This document shows, piece after piece, positions 10,405 to 20,528 of a DNA stretch of 64,000 bases. Within the stretch, counting starts at the first letter, position 1. Each line of letters starts with the position of its first letter. Source of the DNA: Candidatus Caenarcanales bacterium (lineage in GTDB: Bacteria > Cyanobacteriota > Vampirovibrionia > Caenarcaniphilales > Caenarcanaceae); assembly GCA_041737745.1 (NCBI GenBank), contig JBGSRC010000008.1, positions 44,459 through 108,458 of the forward strand. Direction: 5' to 3'. A program made the position numbers and the translations under genes. The notes beneath the pieces are model-generated. The model was not told where the DNA came from. It worked only from the letters and a program-made list of their open reading frames with translations, and did no database searches.

Positions 10405-11161
10405 GCGTAGGGAGCGCGTGGCCGAACTTAAGCTCTCTTGCCCCCTAGCCGAGCTGGCAGAACGGGCTAACAATCATTCTAGGTCGCCGATTTCTTTGAT
10501 GCAGTCATTGAAGCAAGTCTCTAGCCACCCGAGGATCATTGCCGAGATCAAACGCCATTCGCCTTCTGCCGGTGGAATCAGACCAGCTCTCGATCCCAGC
10601 GCTATCGCGCTCAGCTATCAAGCTGCTGGGGCGGCTAGTATCTCTGTGCTCACAGAGCCCGATTTTTTCCACGGTTCTGACGAAGATCTTCTGGCCGTGC
10701 GGGCTGCTGTCACTGTTCCTGTTTTGCGGAAAGATTTTACCGTTGACGCTTATCAGCTTTATGAAGCCCGTTTGCTAGGAGCAGACTTGGTCTTGATCAT
10801 CGCTGCCATCACTGACTCTGATAGCCTTGTTGCTTGGTTGGAGCTGGCCAAAACTCTCTCGCTGGAAGCGCTGGTCGAAGTGCATGACGAAGCCGATCTA
10901 AAAAAAGCCCAAATGGCTGGAGCCAGCCTGATCGGGGTTAATAACCGTAACCTACAAGACTTTTCGGTCAGTCTTGAGACTTCTTATGAGCTGATCTCGC
11001 AAAAACAATCTCACGAACTCTGGGTGAGCGAATCGGGCTTGTCTGAACGCCGTGATCTGCTTGCTCTCAGTGAAGCTGGCTATGATGGCTTTTTGATCGG
11101 TACTAGTCTTTTGGAAAACGCAGATCCTGGTCTTGCGCTTGCGAGGCTGATCGAGGGTTAG
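10373..11161 (+). CDS. trpC: Indole-3-glycerol phosphate synthase
   Basis: 262 aa, with 'IAEIKRHSPSAG', 'ISVLTEPDFFHGS', 'PVLRKDF', 'IGVNNRNL' and 'SESG' motifs. No other trp genes are adjacent. Confidence 0.85.
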   Translation: MPNILTKIAAKRRERVAELKLSCPLAELAERANNHSRSPISLMQSLKQVSSHPRIIAEIKRHSPSAGGIRPALDPSAIALSYQAAGAASISVLTEPDFFHGSDEDLLAVRAAVTVPVLRKDFTVDAYQLYEARLLGADLVLIIAAITDSDSLVAWLELAKTLSLEALVEVHDEADLKKAQMAGASLIGVNNRNLQDFSVSLETSYELISQKQSHELWVSESGLSERRDLLALSEAGYDGFLIGTSLLENADPGLALARLIEG

Positions 11162-11162
11162 C

Positions 11163-12380
11163 ATGGAAAGACCGAAAAATCCTCCTCGTGGTACAGCTGA
11201 TTTATTGCCGGCAGAAGCGGAATATTGGCGGCAACTAGAACAAAAAGCTACTGACTTTCTTCGTTGCGCGGGCTTTGGGGAGATTCGGACTCCGATCTTT
11301 GAGCAAACAGAAATCTTTACCCGAGCCACCGGCGAGAGCAGTGACATAGTCAGCAAAGAAATGTACACTTTCCTCGATCGCTCTGATCGCTCGCTCACCT
11401 TGCGGCCTGAAGGTACTGCTGCTGTCGCACGCGCTTATTTGACCAGTGGCCTCGATCGGGCTCCTAAGCCGGTTCGACTTTTCTATTTGGGGGCCATGTT
11501 TCGTTATGAGCGCTCTCAGAAGGGGCGCTTTCGCCAATTTCACCAGCTAGGGGTGGAAATGCTCGGTCTTGGTCGCCTGCAGAGCAGGAGCGGTCAAGAT
11601 TTTGAGGGCATTAAATTGGCTTGGGATTTGTTTGCGGCTCTGGGAGTGAAAGATCTGAGTTTGCAGCTAAATTGTTTAGGAGATAAAGCCTCAAAAGAAT
11701 CTTTTAGTATTGAGCTAAGAAGCTTTCTAGAAGCGCACCAAGCTGAGATCTGCCCAGACTGTCAGCGGCGTCTAGTGACTAATCCGATTCGGGCTCTCGA
11801 CTGCAAAGACCCTAAAGACAGCGCTCTTTATCGTGCCTCTGCCCCAAGGCCTTCGGCTTTTTTGGGTGGGGAAATGAAGAGCGATTTTCTGGATCTTTTA
11901 GCACTTCTCGGTAGAGCGCAGATCCCTTATGTAGTCGATGATTTTTTGGTGAGAGGGCTCGATTATTACACCGGAAATGTTTTTGAGATTAAAGCTTTAG
12001 AAAACGCCTCTCTTGCTACCCAAAACACGATCTGTGCCGGTGGGCGCTATGATGAGCTGCTAGAGCTCTTTGCGGGGCCTGCTACTCCGGCTTTCGGTTG
12101 GGCTTTGGGTCTGGAGCGTTTGCTTGAGCTTTTGGATTTACCTGTGCTCTTGGTTGGCGCTTTGCCTCGGGCTCATCTAGTCGATATGGGGGCTGATTTT
12201 GTGGCTTTAGAGCAGGTTCTTTGTTCGCTGAAGGCGGAAGGTTATGCTGTCACTGTCGACTACAATGTCTCTGAGAGCGTGAATCTGAGCAAGGTAAAAG
12301 ATGACTGTCTGAAGAGAGGAGTATCGCTTTTGTGTGTGTTGGGAGCTGAGTTGCAAAGATTTGAGCTTAGAGCTCGTTAA
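11163..12380 (+). CDS. hisS: Histidyl-tRNA synthetase-like class II aaRS (HisS, or the HisZ-type paralog)
   Basis: 'LRPEGTAAVARAY' (motif 1 region), 'FRYERSQKGRFRQFHQLGVE' (motif 2), 'GGRYDEL' and 'GWALGLERL' (motif 3). At 405 aa it is short, so the HisS versus HisZ call is not certain. Confidence 0.6.
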   Translation: MERPKNPPRGTADLLPAEAEYWRQLEQKATDFLRCAGFGEIRTPIFEQTEIFTRATGESSDIVSKEMYTFLDRSDRSLTLRPEGTAAVARAYLTSGLDRAPKPVRLFYLGAMFRYERSQKGRFRQFHQLGVEMLGLGRLQSRSGQDFEGIKLAWDLFAALGVKDLSLQLNCLGDKASKESFSIELRSFLEAHQAEICPDCQRRLVTNPIRALDCKDPKDSALYRASAPRPSAFLGGEMKSDFLDLLALLGRAQIPYVVDDFLVRGLDYYTGNVFEIKALENASLATQNTICAGGRYDELLELFAGPATPAFGWALGLERLLELLDLPVLLVGALPRAHLVDMGADFVALEQVLCSLKAEGYAVTVDYNVSESVNLSKVKDDCLKRGVSLLCVLGAELQRFELRAR

Positions 12381-12555
12381 GCGAGCATTGAAAAAGACCA
12401 AAGCTCTTTAAAAATTTCTAGTCCAATGCTTTGTTTCTTCAAGTTCTAATGGGGTTTGGGGCATAGTTAGCCCCCTTTTTTGGAGTATTTAGCGTTCTAT
12501 CGAAAAGATTGGGCATAAAAGAAGCAGTAAGGGTTTCCCCTATTTTTTTTCTGCC

Positions 12556-13221
12556 ATGCTCAACTATAACGCTGACTTCAACCGCATCCTAGCCCGCATG
12601 GAGAGTCTACACACAGACTATGCTCTAGACAAAACAGATCAGACCGGTGCGACAGATGAGCCCTTTGCTGATGGTGCTCCTGATTTTGCGCAAATTCTCG
12701 ATACGCTTAAAAGCAAGCTGCCTCAACGTTCCAAAGGCTGGATGATCGAATCGAGCATTGATAAAGCCAGCCGAAGTACTGGCCTCGATCCTAAGCTTTT
12801 GCGGGCGGTGATTGCGCGGGAGTCTGGCGGTGATCCTGACGCTGTTTCTGCTGCTGGCGCCAAGGGTTTGATGCAGCTGATGGACAGTGTGGCTGCTGAG
12901 CAGAATGTTAGAAATTCTTATGATCCGGAAGAAAATGTGATGGCTGGGGCTCGTCACTTAAAAGGTCTTTTGGGCAAATACAAGGGTGATTTGAGCTTGG
13001 CTCTTGCCGCTTACAATGCTGGCTCTGGGGCTGTCGATCGCTATAAGGGCATTCCTCCTTTTGCTGAGACCCAAAAATACGTGAGGGCAATTTTGGCAGA
13101 TCTGGGTGGGGGTAGTGATTTGCCTTCGGGTCTTGCGCGGGGGGTGAAGACTGTTGATTTTCTTGCTAGCCGAGGGACTATCCCGAAGCGGGTCGATTTG
13201 AAGCGTTCGGAGTGGTTTTAA
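12556..13221 (+). CDS. Lytic transglycosylase (SLT domain) protein
   Basis: SLT catalytic region 'ESGGDPDAVSAAGAKGLMQLM' followed by 'AAYNAGSGAV..YKGIPPFAETQKYV'. No obvious N-terminal signal peptide. Confidence 0.7.
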   Translation: MLNYNADFNRILARMESLHTDYALDKTDQTGATDEPFADGAPDFAQILDTLKSKLPQRSKGWMIESSIDKASRSTGLDPKLLRAVIARESGGDPDAVSAAGAKGLMQLMDSVAAEQNVRNSYDPEENVMAGARHLKGLLGKYKGDLSLALAAYNAGSGAVDRYKGIPPFAETQKYVRAILADLGGGSDLPSGLARGVKTVDFLASRGTIPKRVDLKRSEWF

Positions 13222-13261
13222 GAAGTCTTGGTTTTGTTTTTACTGTAGGTTAGGGAAGTTT

Positions 13262-13300
13262 TTGATTATGAGGGGTCTTCGCCCCCTCAAACTCCCCCTT
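13262..13300. repeat. REP/MITE-like repeat end ('GAGGGGTCTTCGCCCCCTCAAACTCCCCC')
   Basis: Hairpin plus the family core CCCCCTCAAACTCCCC. Confidence 0.6.
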
Positions 13301-13462
13301 GAAGTTGAATGAAGAAAATTAACTCTACCAATTAATAAGGGGAGCTAGATGGGCTTCCTGTCTATCGCTAGCTGGTCGTTAGTCTATTGCTAAGCAAACC
13401 CGCAAAATAAAAAAGGAGGACACAAATCCTCCTCCCTGAAAAAAATATTTTGCTCAAACTTC

Positions 13463-14182
13463 CTAGTTCAAGTTGTAGCTAGCATTGACAGTGATTGAAA
13501 CATCTTTGATCTTAGTATTTGTACTATAAATACCATAGTCGCTCACCTCAGTGGAGTTTGGCTCAGTGATCTGAAAAACCCCAACTTTAGCGCTGTTTAA
13601 AGCCCCGACTTTCTTACCACTACCCTTAGCAATGGACTCAGCTCTTTTCTTAGCGTCAGAAGTAGCTTTCTCGATCAAGGTCCTCTTCAGCTCCTGAAGC
13701 TTCTCACCAGTGATGTAATATTCGAGCGAAGAATACTGGGGGATGATGTTTTTTGCCACCATAGCGCTTGGATTGAGTGCCACTTTTTGGAGAACATCAA
13801 TGTTGATAGTAGAAACTAGCACCGGAATACTAAATAAATAACCGGTCATAAAACCGTCTCTATCTTGCTTTTCGGTGACCGAAACAGGATCGACAGAGAT
13901 TTCGTCTGCCTTCAGGCCTTTGCTGAGCAGTAGTTCTAAAAGTGCTTCTTTGTCTCTTTCGATCAGCGTATAGCCTTGAGCATAATCGTTGATCGATATG
14001 TTACGGCTCACTGTGACACGCCATTTGACCAAATCAGAATCTTGGCGCTGAGTAGCTACGCCGACTACTTGGGCGCTCAGGACTGTTTGGTGTGACTGAA
14101 GAAAAAAGAGACCGAAAATGGTTGCAGCCAAGACGATCGAAAAAGGAAGGGCGTTAAGTTTTAGCCAGTCTATGAATTTCAT
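13463..14182 (-). CDS. SIMPL/DUF541-family periplasmic protein with N-terminal TM anchor
   Basis: 239 aa with N-terminal hydrophobic helix 'LPFSIVLAATIFGLFFL'. Overall composition and length resemble the 26-kDa periplasmic immunogenic (SIMPL) family. Confidence 0.5.
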   Translation of the reverse strand: MKFIDWLKLNALPFSIVLAATIFGLFFLQSHQTVLSAQVVGVATQRQDSDLVKWRVTVSRNISINDYAQGYTLIERDKEALLELLLSKGLKADEISVDPVSVTEKQDRDGFMTGYLFSIPVLVSTINIDVLQKVALNPSAMVAKNIIPQYSSLEYYITGEKLQELKRTLIEKATSDAKKRAESIAKGSGKKVGALNSAKVGVFQITEPNSTEVSDYGIYSTNTKIKDVSITVNASYNLN

Positions 14183-14223
14183 GAATATAAATTATATTTT
14201 AGATTCCAAATCTTTGCTAAGGC

Positions 14224-15513
14224 TCAAGAAAGTGCCTGCAATAGATGGCGAATATCTTCCTCAGTACCTGTGCCAGCCTGCTCCATCGCTTTTATGTTCA
14301 GCAGAGACTCGCTCCAAGCTTCCTTTTGCTCCAAGCTCACCCCCAAATGATCGCCAACCACTTGCGAGGCTATCTCTTTTTCTAGCTCTAGACGGTCTCG
14401 ATGATCGCTATTTTTCCAGCTTTGAGCCGTATGTTCTTTAATCGACCAATCGATGATGCATTTGAGAAACCCTAACTCAAGCGCAAGCCCCTCCAGCGCA
14501 AAGAGCTTCTCTCTGCTCACCGCATAGCTTTCTTGTCCCTGAAAACTGAGCCTGATCATCGGTTTGTCTTGCCCTGCGTCTTGCTTTCTGAGAAGTCCGG
14601 CGGCTGCTGCTATTAGATCTTCTTGGTTTGAAAAATTTCGTAGATAAAGTTTGAAGTCTAAATATTTTCTGTTGTAAAAACCAGTGCAAAGTTGATGGTC
14701 TATCTCTCCTTCAGCACTCACTGAGACGTCTAAGACACCACGTGCCACAAACCCTTCGGCAATATTGTTGGCCTCTGTGGAGCCGGGATTGAAGACAAAA
14801 GATTTCTCAAGGGCATCTTCAATCACATAATGCTCGTGAATGTGGCCCATAGCAACATAGTCCACTATTTCTCTCAGCGCCAGCAGATCGCTGTGCCCTA
14901 GGCCGCCTCTATTTAATGGTAGAAAGTTTTCGTGGCCACCGTGAAACCCAAAGATGGTGAAATCAGCTTTGCCTTGCTCGGTTTCTAGCGCCTCAATCCC
15001 TTCTTTGTATTTCTCAAGATAAAAACGACTCTGTGAACCGTGCCACCTAGAGCCAATTAGTCGAATCTTCTTGCTCTGAATCTTGAGATCGATGTAGCCG
15101 CTAAAAGGCGTACTAGCCTTCTTGGGAGGGAGAAGCTGTACTTGGCTACCTTCCAGAAACTTTGGCATTAAAAAGTGAATCAGCCCACTGCGAGCGAGCA
15201 CCGAATACCAAGAACCCGGCAAAGAATTGTGCTCGCTATCGTCGCGCAGATCGTGATTGCCTTCTATTGCATAGACGGGGATCTTGGCGACTTGAAGCTG
15301 CTGGAGCGCTCCTATTGCGTTAACCAGCGTTCTAGGCGAGATTGCTCTCGAATTGAACAGATCCCCAGCAATGAAAACAAAGTCAACAGCTTTACTGACA
15401 GCAAGTTTGCAAGCTTCACTAAAAGCCCTATAGAAATCTTTCTCTCTATCCAAAAGCTTGTATTGCCTGTAGCCAAGGTGGACGTCGGCCATGTGTAAAA
15501 AACGAAAAGTCAC
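14224..15513 (-). CDS. Mre11/SbcD-family DNA-repair metallophosphoesterase (nuclease)
   Basis: Calcineurin-like phosphoesterase motifs 'FLHMADVHLGY', 'FIAGDLFN', 'GNHD', 'GHIHEH'; 429 aa. Confidence 0.75.
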   Translation of the reverse strand: MTFRFLHMADVHLGYRQYKLLDREKDFYRAFSEACKLAVSKAVDFVFIAGDLFNSRAISPRTLVNAIGALQQLQVAKIPVYAIEGNHDLRDDSEHNSLPGSWYSVLARSGLIHFLMPKFLEGSQVQLLPPKKASTPFSGYIDLKIQSKKIRLIGSRWHGSQSRFYLEKYKEGIEALETEQGKADFTIFGFHGGHENFLPLNRGGLGHSDLLALREIVDYVAMGHIHEHYVIEDALEKSFVFNPGSTEANNIAEGFVARGVLDVSVSAEGEIDHQLCTGFYNRKYLDFKLYLRNFSNQEDLIAAAAGLLRKQDAGQDKPMIRLSFQGQESYAVSREKLFALEGLALELGFLKCIIDWSIKEHTAQSWKNSDHRDRLELEKEIASQVVGDHLGVSLEQKEAWSESLLNIKAMEQAGTGTEEDIRHLLQALS

Positions 15514-15517
15514 TGAA

Positions 15518-15865
15518 CTAGTGAGATTTGTTTTTCAATTCGTTCATGTCTGCTCTCAGGCTATCGAGCTGGTGTCTGAGCTCTTTCATGGTGAGAGACA
15601 TTTCTTGGAGAATTTTGTTGTCAGGGCTGGCTGTATGGGCTTCTGAGTGGCAACTTTCGTCATTTATCTCGCGCTTCAGGCCATCGAAGTAACGATCGAT
15701 TTTCGCTTTCACTTCTTCCCGTTTTTGCTCGAGTTCGGCGGCCAAATCTCCTTCTTCGCATTCGACAGAGACTCCTAGTCCGTCGAGGAAGTCACCGATG
15801 TTTTCTTTGATTTCTTTGCGAAAGACTTTGAAGCTAGCTAGAGCTACTTTTCCAAATTTTGCCAT
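15518..15865 (-). CDS. Hypothetical coiled-coil protein, immediately upstream of the Mre11/SbcD-like gene (4-nt gap)
   Basis: 115 aa, charged heptad-rich sequence; probably co-transcribed with 14224..15513. Confidence 0.4.
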   Translation of the reverse strand: MAKFGKVALASFKVFRKEIKENIGDFLDGLGVSVECEEGDLAAELEQKREEVKAKIDRYFDGLKREINDESCHSEAHTASPDNKILQEMSLTMKELRHQLDSLRADMNELKNKSH

Positions 15866-15964
15866 AGTAAAAATAATCCTCAGTTGTCTTTTTAGATTTT
15901 ACTTGCTGGCAGCTTTTCTGAACCATCAGATCGAATAGGGTTATCATGTATATAAGTTTTACTT

Positions 15965-16714
15965 TTGGCAGCTACTACACATATGAACTCCATAAAGTTT
16001 TTGGTTTCCAATCAACCTCTAGTTCAGAGATCTGTTTTTTTGAATGCAGACCACTATCTAAGGCAAAGACAGTCAGAACAAAACTTCACAATTGCAAATT
16101 TGCCTAGTCTACTGGCTAGTGAAAAAGAACTTAAAAGAATGATTCTCGAGCAACTGCAAGGTGTTGACGGCAATACACCGATCCAGTTTTCGCCAGAATT
16201 CCACAATTTTCTGCACAATGCTGGTATATCCAGATTTATTCGAAAAGCTGGTCTGCCAAAGCTACTACCGGAAGAGTATATATATATCAAGCTCAGTACT
16301 TTAGTTCATCGCAGCGAAGGGATTTACAGTTTGGATTTTGAAAAACTCAAAAGCGCTTTTGCCTATTTTGCCAACAAATCTGAACAAACCAAAAGATCTG
16401 ATGCCATGGATAGGTTCCATCTTCATAATTTCGTTGGCGCCAAAAAAGTAAAAGAGCACTACAAAGCAGCCGGTCATGTCCAAGATTTATTCGGTGCGCT
16501 TTATAAGCTGCTTGTCGCAAAAAATACAAATGTCGGTCTTGAACTGAAAATGCTCGAGCCAAACCTTTTGCAAAAGCTAAAACCGATTATCACAGACCCA
16601 GCTAAGCCCTTTGATGGTCTACAAGTCGACATAGTACGTTTCTTTCTAGCCCAAGAGAAGCTAGAAGCAACAAAAACCCCCTCTACAACCCTAAAGAATA
16701 TAGATCCGGTCTGA
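15965..16714 (+). CDS. Hypothetical protein
   Basis: 249-aa ORF with no recognisable motif; convergent with and overlapping aguB by 32 nt. Confidence 0.4.
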   Translation: MAATTHMNSIKFLVSNQPLVQRSVFLNADHYLRQRQSEQNFTIANLPSLLASEKELKRMILEQLQGVDGNTPIQFSPEFHNFLHNAGISRFIRKAGLPKLLPEEYIYIKLSTLVHRSEGIYSLDFEKLKSAFAYFANKSEQTKRSDAMDRFHLHNFVGAKKVKEHYKAAGHVQDLFGALYKLLVAKNTNVGLELKMLEPNLLQKLKPIITDPAKPFDGLQVDIVRFFLAQEKLEATKTPSTTLKNIDPV

Positions 16715-17516
16715 GATCTCTCCTAAAGGGCCATTCGTGCTGATATCGCTTATTTTCGCTCAGGTCTAGAGTCACCAAAGCTATCCCTTCAAGGTCATTC
16801 ATGATGGCTAGCTCTCCCCCAAAGGGGCCATAAGCGCAGCTTGAACCCCAATACTGACTTTCGCCTTCTCTTCCGACTCTATTGGTGGCAAGCACAGGTA
16901 TGCAATTGGTGATGCTGTGTGCTCTATGCACGGTGAGCCAAGCTTGTCTATAAAGCTCTCGGTCTGTTTCGCTGTCATGGGGTACCCAGCCGATCGCTGT
17001 CGGATAGACCAAAAAATCGGCGCCAGCAAGAGCCATACTACGTGCTGCTTCGGGGAACCATTGGTCCCAGCAGATCAGCAGTCCTATTTTGCCGATGGAA
17101 GTCTGGATTGGTTTTAGTGCGTTTTGGCCTTGCCGGAAATAATACTTTTCTTCAAATCCCGGATCTTGGGGGATATGCGTTTTCCGGTACTTGCCCGCTA
17201 TTGACCCGTCTCTTTCTATTATTAGTGCAGTGTTGTAGTAGGCTCCTGTGTTTGAGTCCAGCTCGAAGATTGAGATCACAATTAGTATATTCAGCTCGCT
17301 CGCTAGTTTTGAATAGAGCTCTGAGCTTGGACCCGGTATAGTCTCGGCTAGCTTGAAGTTTTCGGGGTTTTGTTTTTGGCAAAAATAGGGATGATCGTGC
17401 AGTTCGGGCAGTATGACAAGATCTGCTCCTTGCTTTTTTGCTTGGGTGATCAGCTCTGAGCAGGAGCCCGCTTGGCTTTCTGGGAAGGATTTTTGAATGA
17501 GGGCTATTTGAGGCAT
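16683..17516 (-). CDS. aguB: N-carbamoylputrescine amidase (carbon-nitrogen hydrolase family)
   Basis: CN-hydrolase catalytic triad context 'ILPEL' (Glu), 'KTHIP' (Lys) and 'LICWDQWFPEAAR' (Cys), the latter characteristic of AguB; 277 aa. Confidence 0.8.
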   Translation of the reverse strand: MPQIALIQKSFPESQAGSCSELITQAKKQGADLVILPELHDHPYFCQKQNPENFKLAETIPGPSSELYSKLASELNILIVISIFELDSNTGAYYNTALIIERDGSIAGKYRKTHIPQDPGFEEKYYFRQGQNALKPIQTSIGKIGLLICWDQWFPEAARSMALAGADFLVYPTAIGWVPHDSETDRELYRQAWLTVHRAHSITNCIPVLATNRVGREGESQYWGSSCAYGPFGGELAIMNDLEGIALVTLDLSENKRYQHEWPFRRDLRPDLYSLGL

Positions 17517-17600
17517 TCTGGTTTTCTGAATCAGTAGAAGAGAAGCTTGGTCTAACGCTAAAATATCTCATAATCAATCACACAACTCAAAAACTAAAAG

Positions 17601-19877
17601 ATGATTTTCGACCTAGACCTGATCAAAAACTTCTACCAGCAACTCCCAAGCAAGATATCTAAGCTCCGTCAAAGTCACCTTAAAGCTCTGACCCTCACCG
17701 AAAAGATTCTTTTTGCTCACCTAGACGCAGATCAGCCGCTGACGCTAGAGAGAGGCGTAACCTACGGCGAGTTTAAGCCAGACAGAGTGGCCATGCAAGA
17801 CGCCACCGCGCAAATGGCCTTGCTCCAGTTCATGAGCGCTGGCATGGAAAAAGTGGCAGTTCCCAGTACAGTGCACTGCGATCATTTGATTCAAGCGGAA
17901 GTAGGCGCAAAACAAGATCTAGCCTCAGCTGGCCAGCAAAACGCCGAAGTCTACGATTTTCTGGCCTCAGTCTCCAACAAATACGGTCTCGGCTTCTGGA
18001 AGCCCGGCTCAGGGATTATTCACCAAGTTGTCCTCGAAAACTATGCCTTCCCCGGCGGCCTGATGATCGGCACAGACTCACATACCCCCAATGCTGGCGG
18101 CTTAGGAATGCTCGCAATCGGCGTAGGTGGAGCAGACGCAGTCGATGCAATGGTCGGCATGAGTTGGGAACTGAAAGCGCCAAAAATAACCGGCGTTCAC
18201 CTCAAAGGAAAGCTGTCTGGTTGGGCTTCACCAAAAGATATAATCCTAGTCTTGGCCGGTATCCTCACCGTCAAAGGCGGCACAGGACATGTTATCGAAT
18301 ATTTCGGTGAAGGGACAAGCTCACTCAGTTGCACCGGCAAAGCAACTATCTGCAATATGGGCGCCGAGATCGGAGCAACTACTTCTGTTTTCCCCTATGA
18401 CGAGCGGATGGCCAGTTACTTGCAGGCAACAGAAAGAAGCGAACTAGCTAGCTTAGCCGAACAAGTCAAAGAGCACCTGATAGCTGATCCGGAAGTGCTC
18501 GCCAGTCCTCAAGACTATTACGATCGGGTGATCGAGATCGATCTGAGCGCCCTAGAGCCCCACATCAATGGTCCTTTTACGCCCGATAAAGCCTGGAAGC
18601 TCTCTCAGTTCGCCCAAGCCGTCAAGGATAACGATTATCCGGTAGAGCTGAAAGTAGGCCTAATCGGCAGCTGCACCAACTCCAGTTACGAAGACCTTGA
18701 CCGCACAGCTAGTTTAGCCAGCCAAGCCGAAAAACATGGTCTGAAAGCGAAAGCGCAGCTCACGATCACCCCAGGCTCAGAGCAGATCCGGGCGACTATA
18801 GAGCGTGATGGCCAGTTGGCGCAGTTTGAGCGGGTGGGAGCACTTGTGCTTGCCAATGCCTGCGGTCCCTGTATTGGCCAATGGAAACGCCATGATGTAG
18901 CCAAGGGTGAGCGCAACTCGATCATCACTAGCTTCAACCGCAACTTCGCTTCGCGCAATGATTCTAATCCGCAAACCCATGCTTTCGTCGCTGGTCCAGA
19001 GCTAGTGATGGCTTTTGCCTTGGCTGGTTCACTCAGCTTCAATCCGATCACCGATGATTTGCTGGATGCTGAGGGTCAGCCCTTCAAGTTAACTCCGCCG
19101 ATTGGCCGCGAATTGCCAGTCCAAGGCTTTGACCGAGGCGAAGAGGGCTTTACCGCTCCTGCTAGCGATGGCCGTTCCGTGAAGCTTTCGATAGACCCCA
19201 AGAGTGAGCGTTTGCAGCTTTTGGCTCCTTTCAGTGCTTGGGAAGGTACTGATCTAGAGGGCTTATTGCTTCTCGCCAAGATCGCCGGCAAATGCACCAC
19301 CGATCATATCTCTATGGCTGGTCCATGGCTCAGATACAGAGGACATCTGGATAATATCTCCGATAATCTCTTTATCGGCGCCACAAATCATTTCAATGGT
19401 CAGATCAACGAGGTGAAAAACCAGCTTTCTGGTGAGTATGACGCTATTCCCAAAACAGCTCGGGATTACAAGAGCAAGGGACATGGTTGGATAGTTGTCG
19501 GTGATGAAAATTATGGCGAAGGCTCTAGTCGCGAGCATGCAGCGATGGAGCCACGCTGGTTGGGTTGCAGAGCTATAGTCGTCAAATCGTTTGCCCGCAT
19601 TCATGAGACCAACCTCAAGAAGCAGGGGATATTGCCGCTCACTTTCGCCAATCCAGCCGATTATGATCGAATTCAGGAAGCTGATCAGATTTCTATTCGG
19701 GGTTTATTGGATTTCCAGCCGGGCAAATCTTTGCAGATGGTCTTGAAGCATGCTGATTCGACTGAGGATACTATTGAGCTTAAGCACACTTTCAATGCTA
19801 AACAGATTGCGTGGTTTGTTGCTGGTAGCGCTTTGAATTTGATTGCTGCTAAGGCTAAAAGCAATCAGGTGGCTTGA
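17601..19877 (+). CDS. acnA: Aconitate hydratase (mitochondrial-type / AcnA-family, 758 aa)
   Basis: Aconitase motifs 'VHCDHLI', '[13 protein letters not shown]', '[12 protein letters not shown]', '[10 protein letters not shown]', '[11 protein letters not shown]' and '[15 protein letters not shown]'. Confidence 0.9.
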   Translation: MIFDLDLIKNFYQQLPSKISKLRQSHLKALTLTEKILFAHLDADQPLTLERGVTYGEFKPDRVAMQDATAQMALLQFMSAGMEKVAVPSTVHCDHLIQAEVGAKQDLASAGQQNAEVYDFLASVSNKYGLGFWKPGSGIIHQVVLENYAFPGGLMIGTDSHTPNAGGLGMLAIGVGGADAVDAMVGMSWELKAPKITGVHLKGKLSGWASPKDIILVLAGILTVKGGTGHVIEYFGEGTSSLSCTGKATICNMGAEIGATTSVFPYDERMASYLQATERSELASLAEQVKEHLIADPEVLASPQDYYDRVIEIDLSALEPHINGPFTPDKAWKLSQFAQAVKDNDYPVELKVGLIGSCTNSSYEDLDRTASLASQAEKHGLKAKAQLTITPGSEQIRATIERDGQLAQFERVGALVLANACGPCIGQWKRHDVAKGERNSIITSFNRNFASRNDSNPQTHAFVAGPELVMAFALAGSLSFNPITDDLLDAEGQPFKLTPPIGRELPVQGFDRGEEGFTAPASDGRSVKLSIDPKSERLQLLAPFSAWEGTDLEGLLLLAKIAGKCTTDHISMAGPWLRYRGHLDNISDNLFIGATNHFNGQINEVKNQLSGEYDAIPKTARDYKSKGHGWIVVGDENYGEGSSREHAAMEPRWLGCRAIVVKSFARIHETNLKKQGILPLTFANPADYDRIQEADQISIRGLLDFQPGKSLQMVLKHADSTEDTIELKHTFNAKQIAWFVAGSALNLIAAKAKSNQVA

Positions 19878-20119
19878 TAAGCTTGAAGCTTTGACTTTTT
19901 TGTGGGGGCGGGGATTTGTTTGTGACCGCCTTATTGTCTAAGACTTGGGGATAGGAAAGCCAACAGTGTTTTGGCGGGGACTGGGGGCGTCAATAAGTTC
20001 TTTAATCGCTGTGAAAACAACACTGAATTGCTCGTCATATTTGTTTTCAAGAGCCTCTAGCCTAAGAGAAAGTTCTTTATTGCTGATAATCGCTTCTCTC
20101 ATTTTTACAAATAGTCTTA

Positions 20120-20449
20120 CTATTGTAGGCTGGCTTCAATGGCAACAGGGCTATTAAGGACTGAGGCAAGCATTATTGTTCCGTGTTCGGTGAAAGCAAA
20201 TGGAAGAAAGGACGAGAATTTTAATTTGCTGAGGTGGTCGCAATTTGCGACCACCTCGGACTTCTCTGTCTCAGTCAGCTGAAACATAAAGTCTATAGGA
20301 AATCGGAGTAGATTTCTTTTGACTTGTTCATTGAGTCTTTTTGTTGATACTGCATAGAGATTTGCTAGATCAACATCAAGCATGACGTTTTGCCCTCTGA
20401 TCTCAAGGATTAAGCTTTCAGTCTGAGGTATTGAAGGTAAATCGTTCAA
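20120..20449 (-). CDS. ORF6N-domain protein (phage antirepressor / KilA-N-related DNA-binding domain), stand-alone
   Basis: 'ILEIRGQNVMLDVDLANLYAVSTKRLNEQVKRNLLRFPIDFMFQLT' and 'LPFAFTEHGTIMLASVLNS' match the ORF6N consensus; 109 aa. Confidence 0.55.
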   Translation of the reverse strand: MNDLPSIPQTESLILEIRGQNVMLDVDLANLYAVSTKRLNEQVKRNLLRFPIDFMFQLTETEKSEVVANCDHLSKLKFSSFLPFAFTEHGTIMLASVLNSPVAIEASLQ

Positions 20450-20528
20450 TTAATTTGTAAAATCTGAGGCAAAACGACGAAATATAGCGCGCTTCAACTG
20501 CGATTCAACAGTTTCTAACTCATGCCTC

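Noticed and set aside
19945-20157. 70-aa ORF on the plus strand in the acn-guaA gap
   Set aside because: No motif, and it overlaps the better-supported ORF6N gene on the opposite strand. Probably spurious.
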